In this document: piece after piece, positions 14,378 through 14,555 of the stretch
How positions within the stretch are numbered: the stretch's first letter is position 1
Layout: the number at the start of each line of letters is the position of its first letter
DNA from: Armatimonadota bacterium
Lineage (GTDB): Bacteria > Armatimonadota > SYMT01
Reading direction: 5' to 3'
Length of the DNA stretch: 14,555 nt
Assembly: GCA_046292385.1 (NCBI GenBank)
Contig: JBKBRF010000082.1
Location: 1 to 14,555, forward strand
The notes under the pieces: model-generated
The model's input: the letters and a program-made list of their open reading frames with translations, nothing else
What the model was told of the DNA's origin: nothing
Database searches by the model: none
Made by a program: the position numbers and the translations under genes

Positions 14378-14555
<178 letters not shown>

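Overview
High-GC (about 70% by eye) bacterial window that ends in a poly-G sequencing artefact (from 14378). Gene content: a secreted hypothetical protein and a VOC/glyoxalase gene (minus strand); a lytic transglycosylase and a DUF1444-like protein (plus); a minus-strand sugar-type ABC importer operon (Tat-lipoprotein SBP, two permeases, ATPase) followed by an MFS transporter; a secreted four-repeat DUF5666-like protein behind a SigB/SigF-type promoter; an asp23/amaP/DUF2273-type operon; and a 5'-truncated Cys-type sulfatase. The most notable structure is a lower-GC GxxExxY (PD-(D/E)XK nuclease-like) gene enclosed by about 47-bp G-rich inverted repeats that fills the entire gap between the second permease and the ATPase. 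It looks like a transposase-free mobile or intervening cassette that leaves operon translation coupled. A second, gene-less inverted repeat built of heptamers lies between two convergent genes (13004-13092). A short ORF with a strong SD, resembling the N-terminus of an MDR oxidoreductase, runs out of frame into the MFS start. Family calls come from motif recognition only; no searches were run. A Terrabacteria origin (possibly Armatimonadota) is a weak inference.
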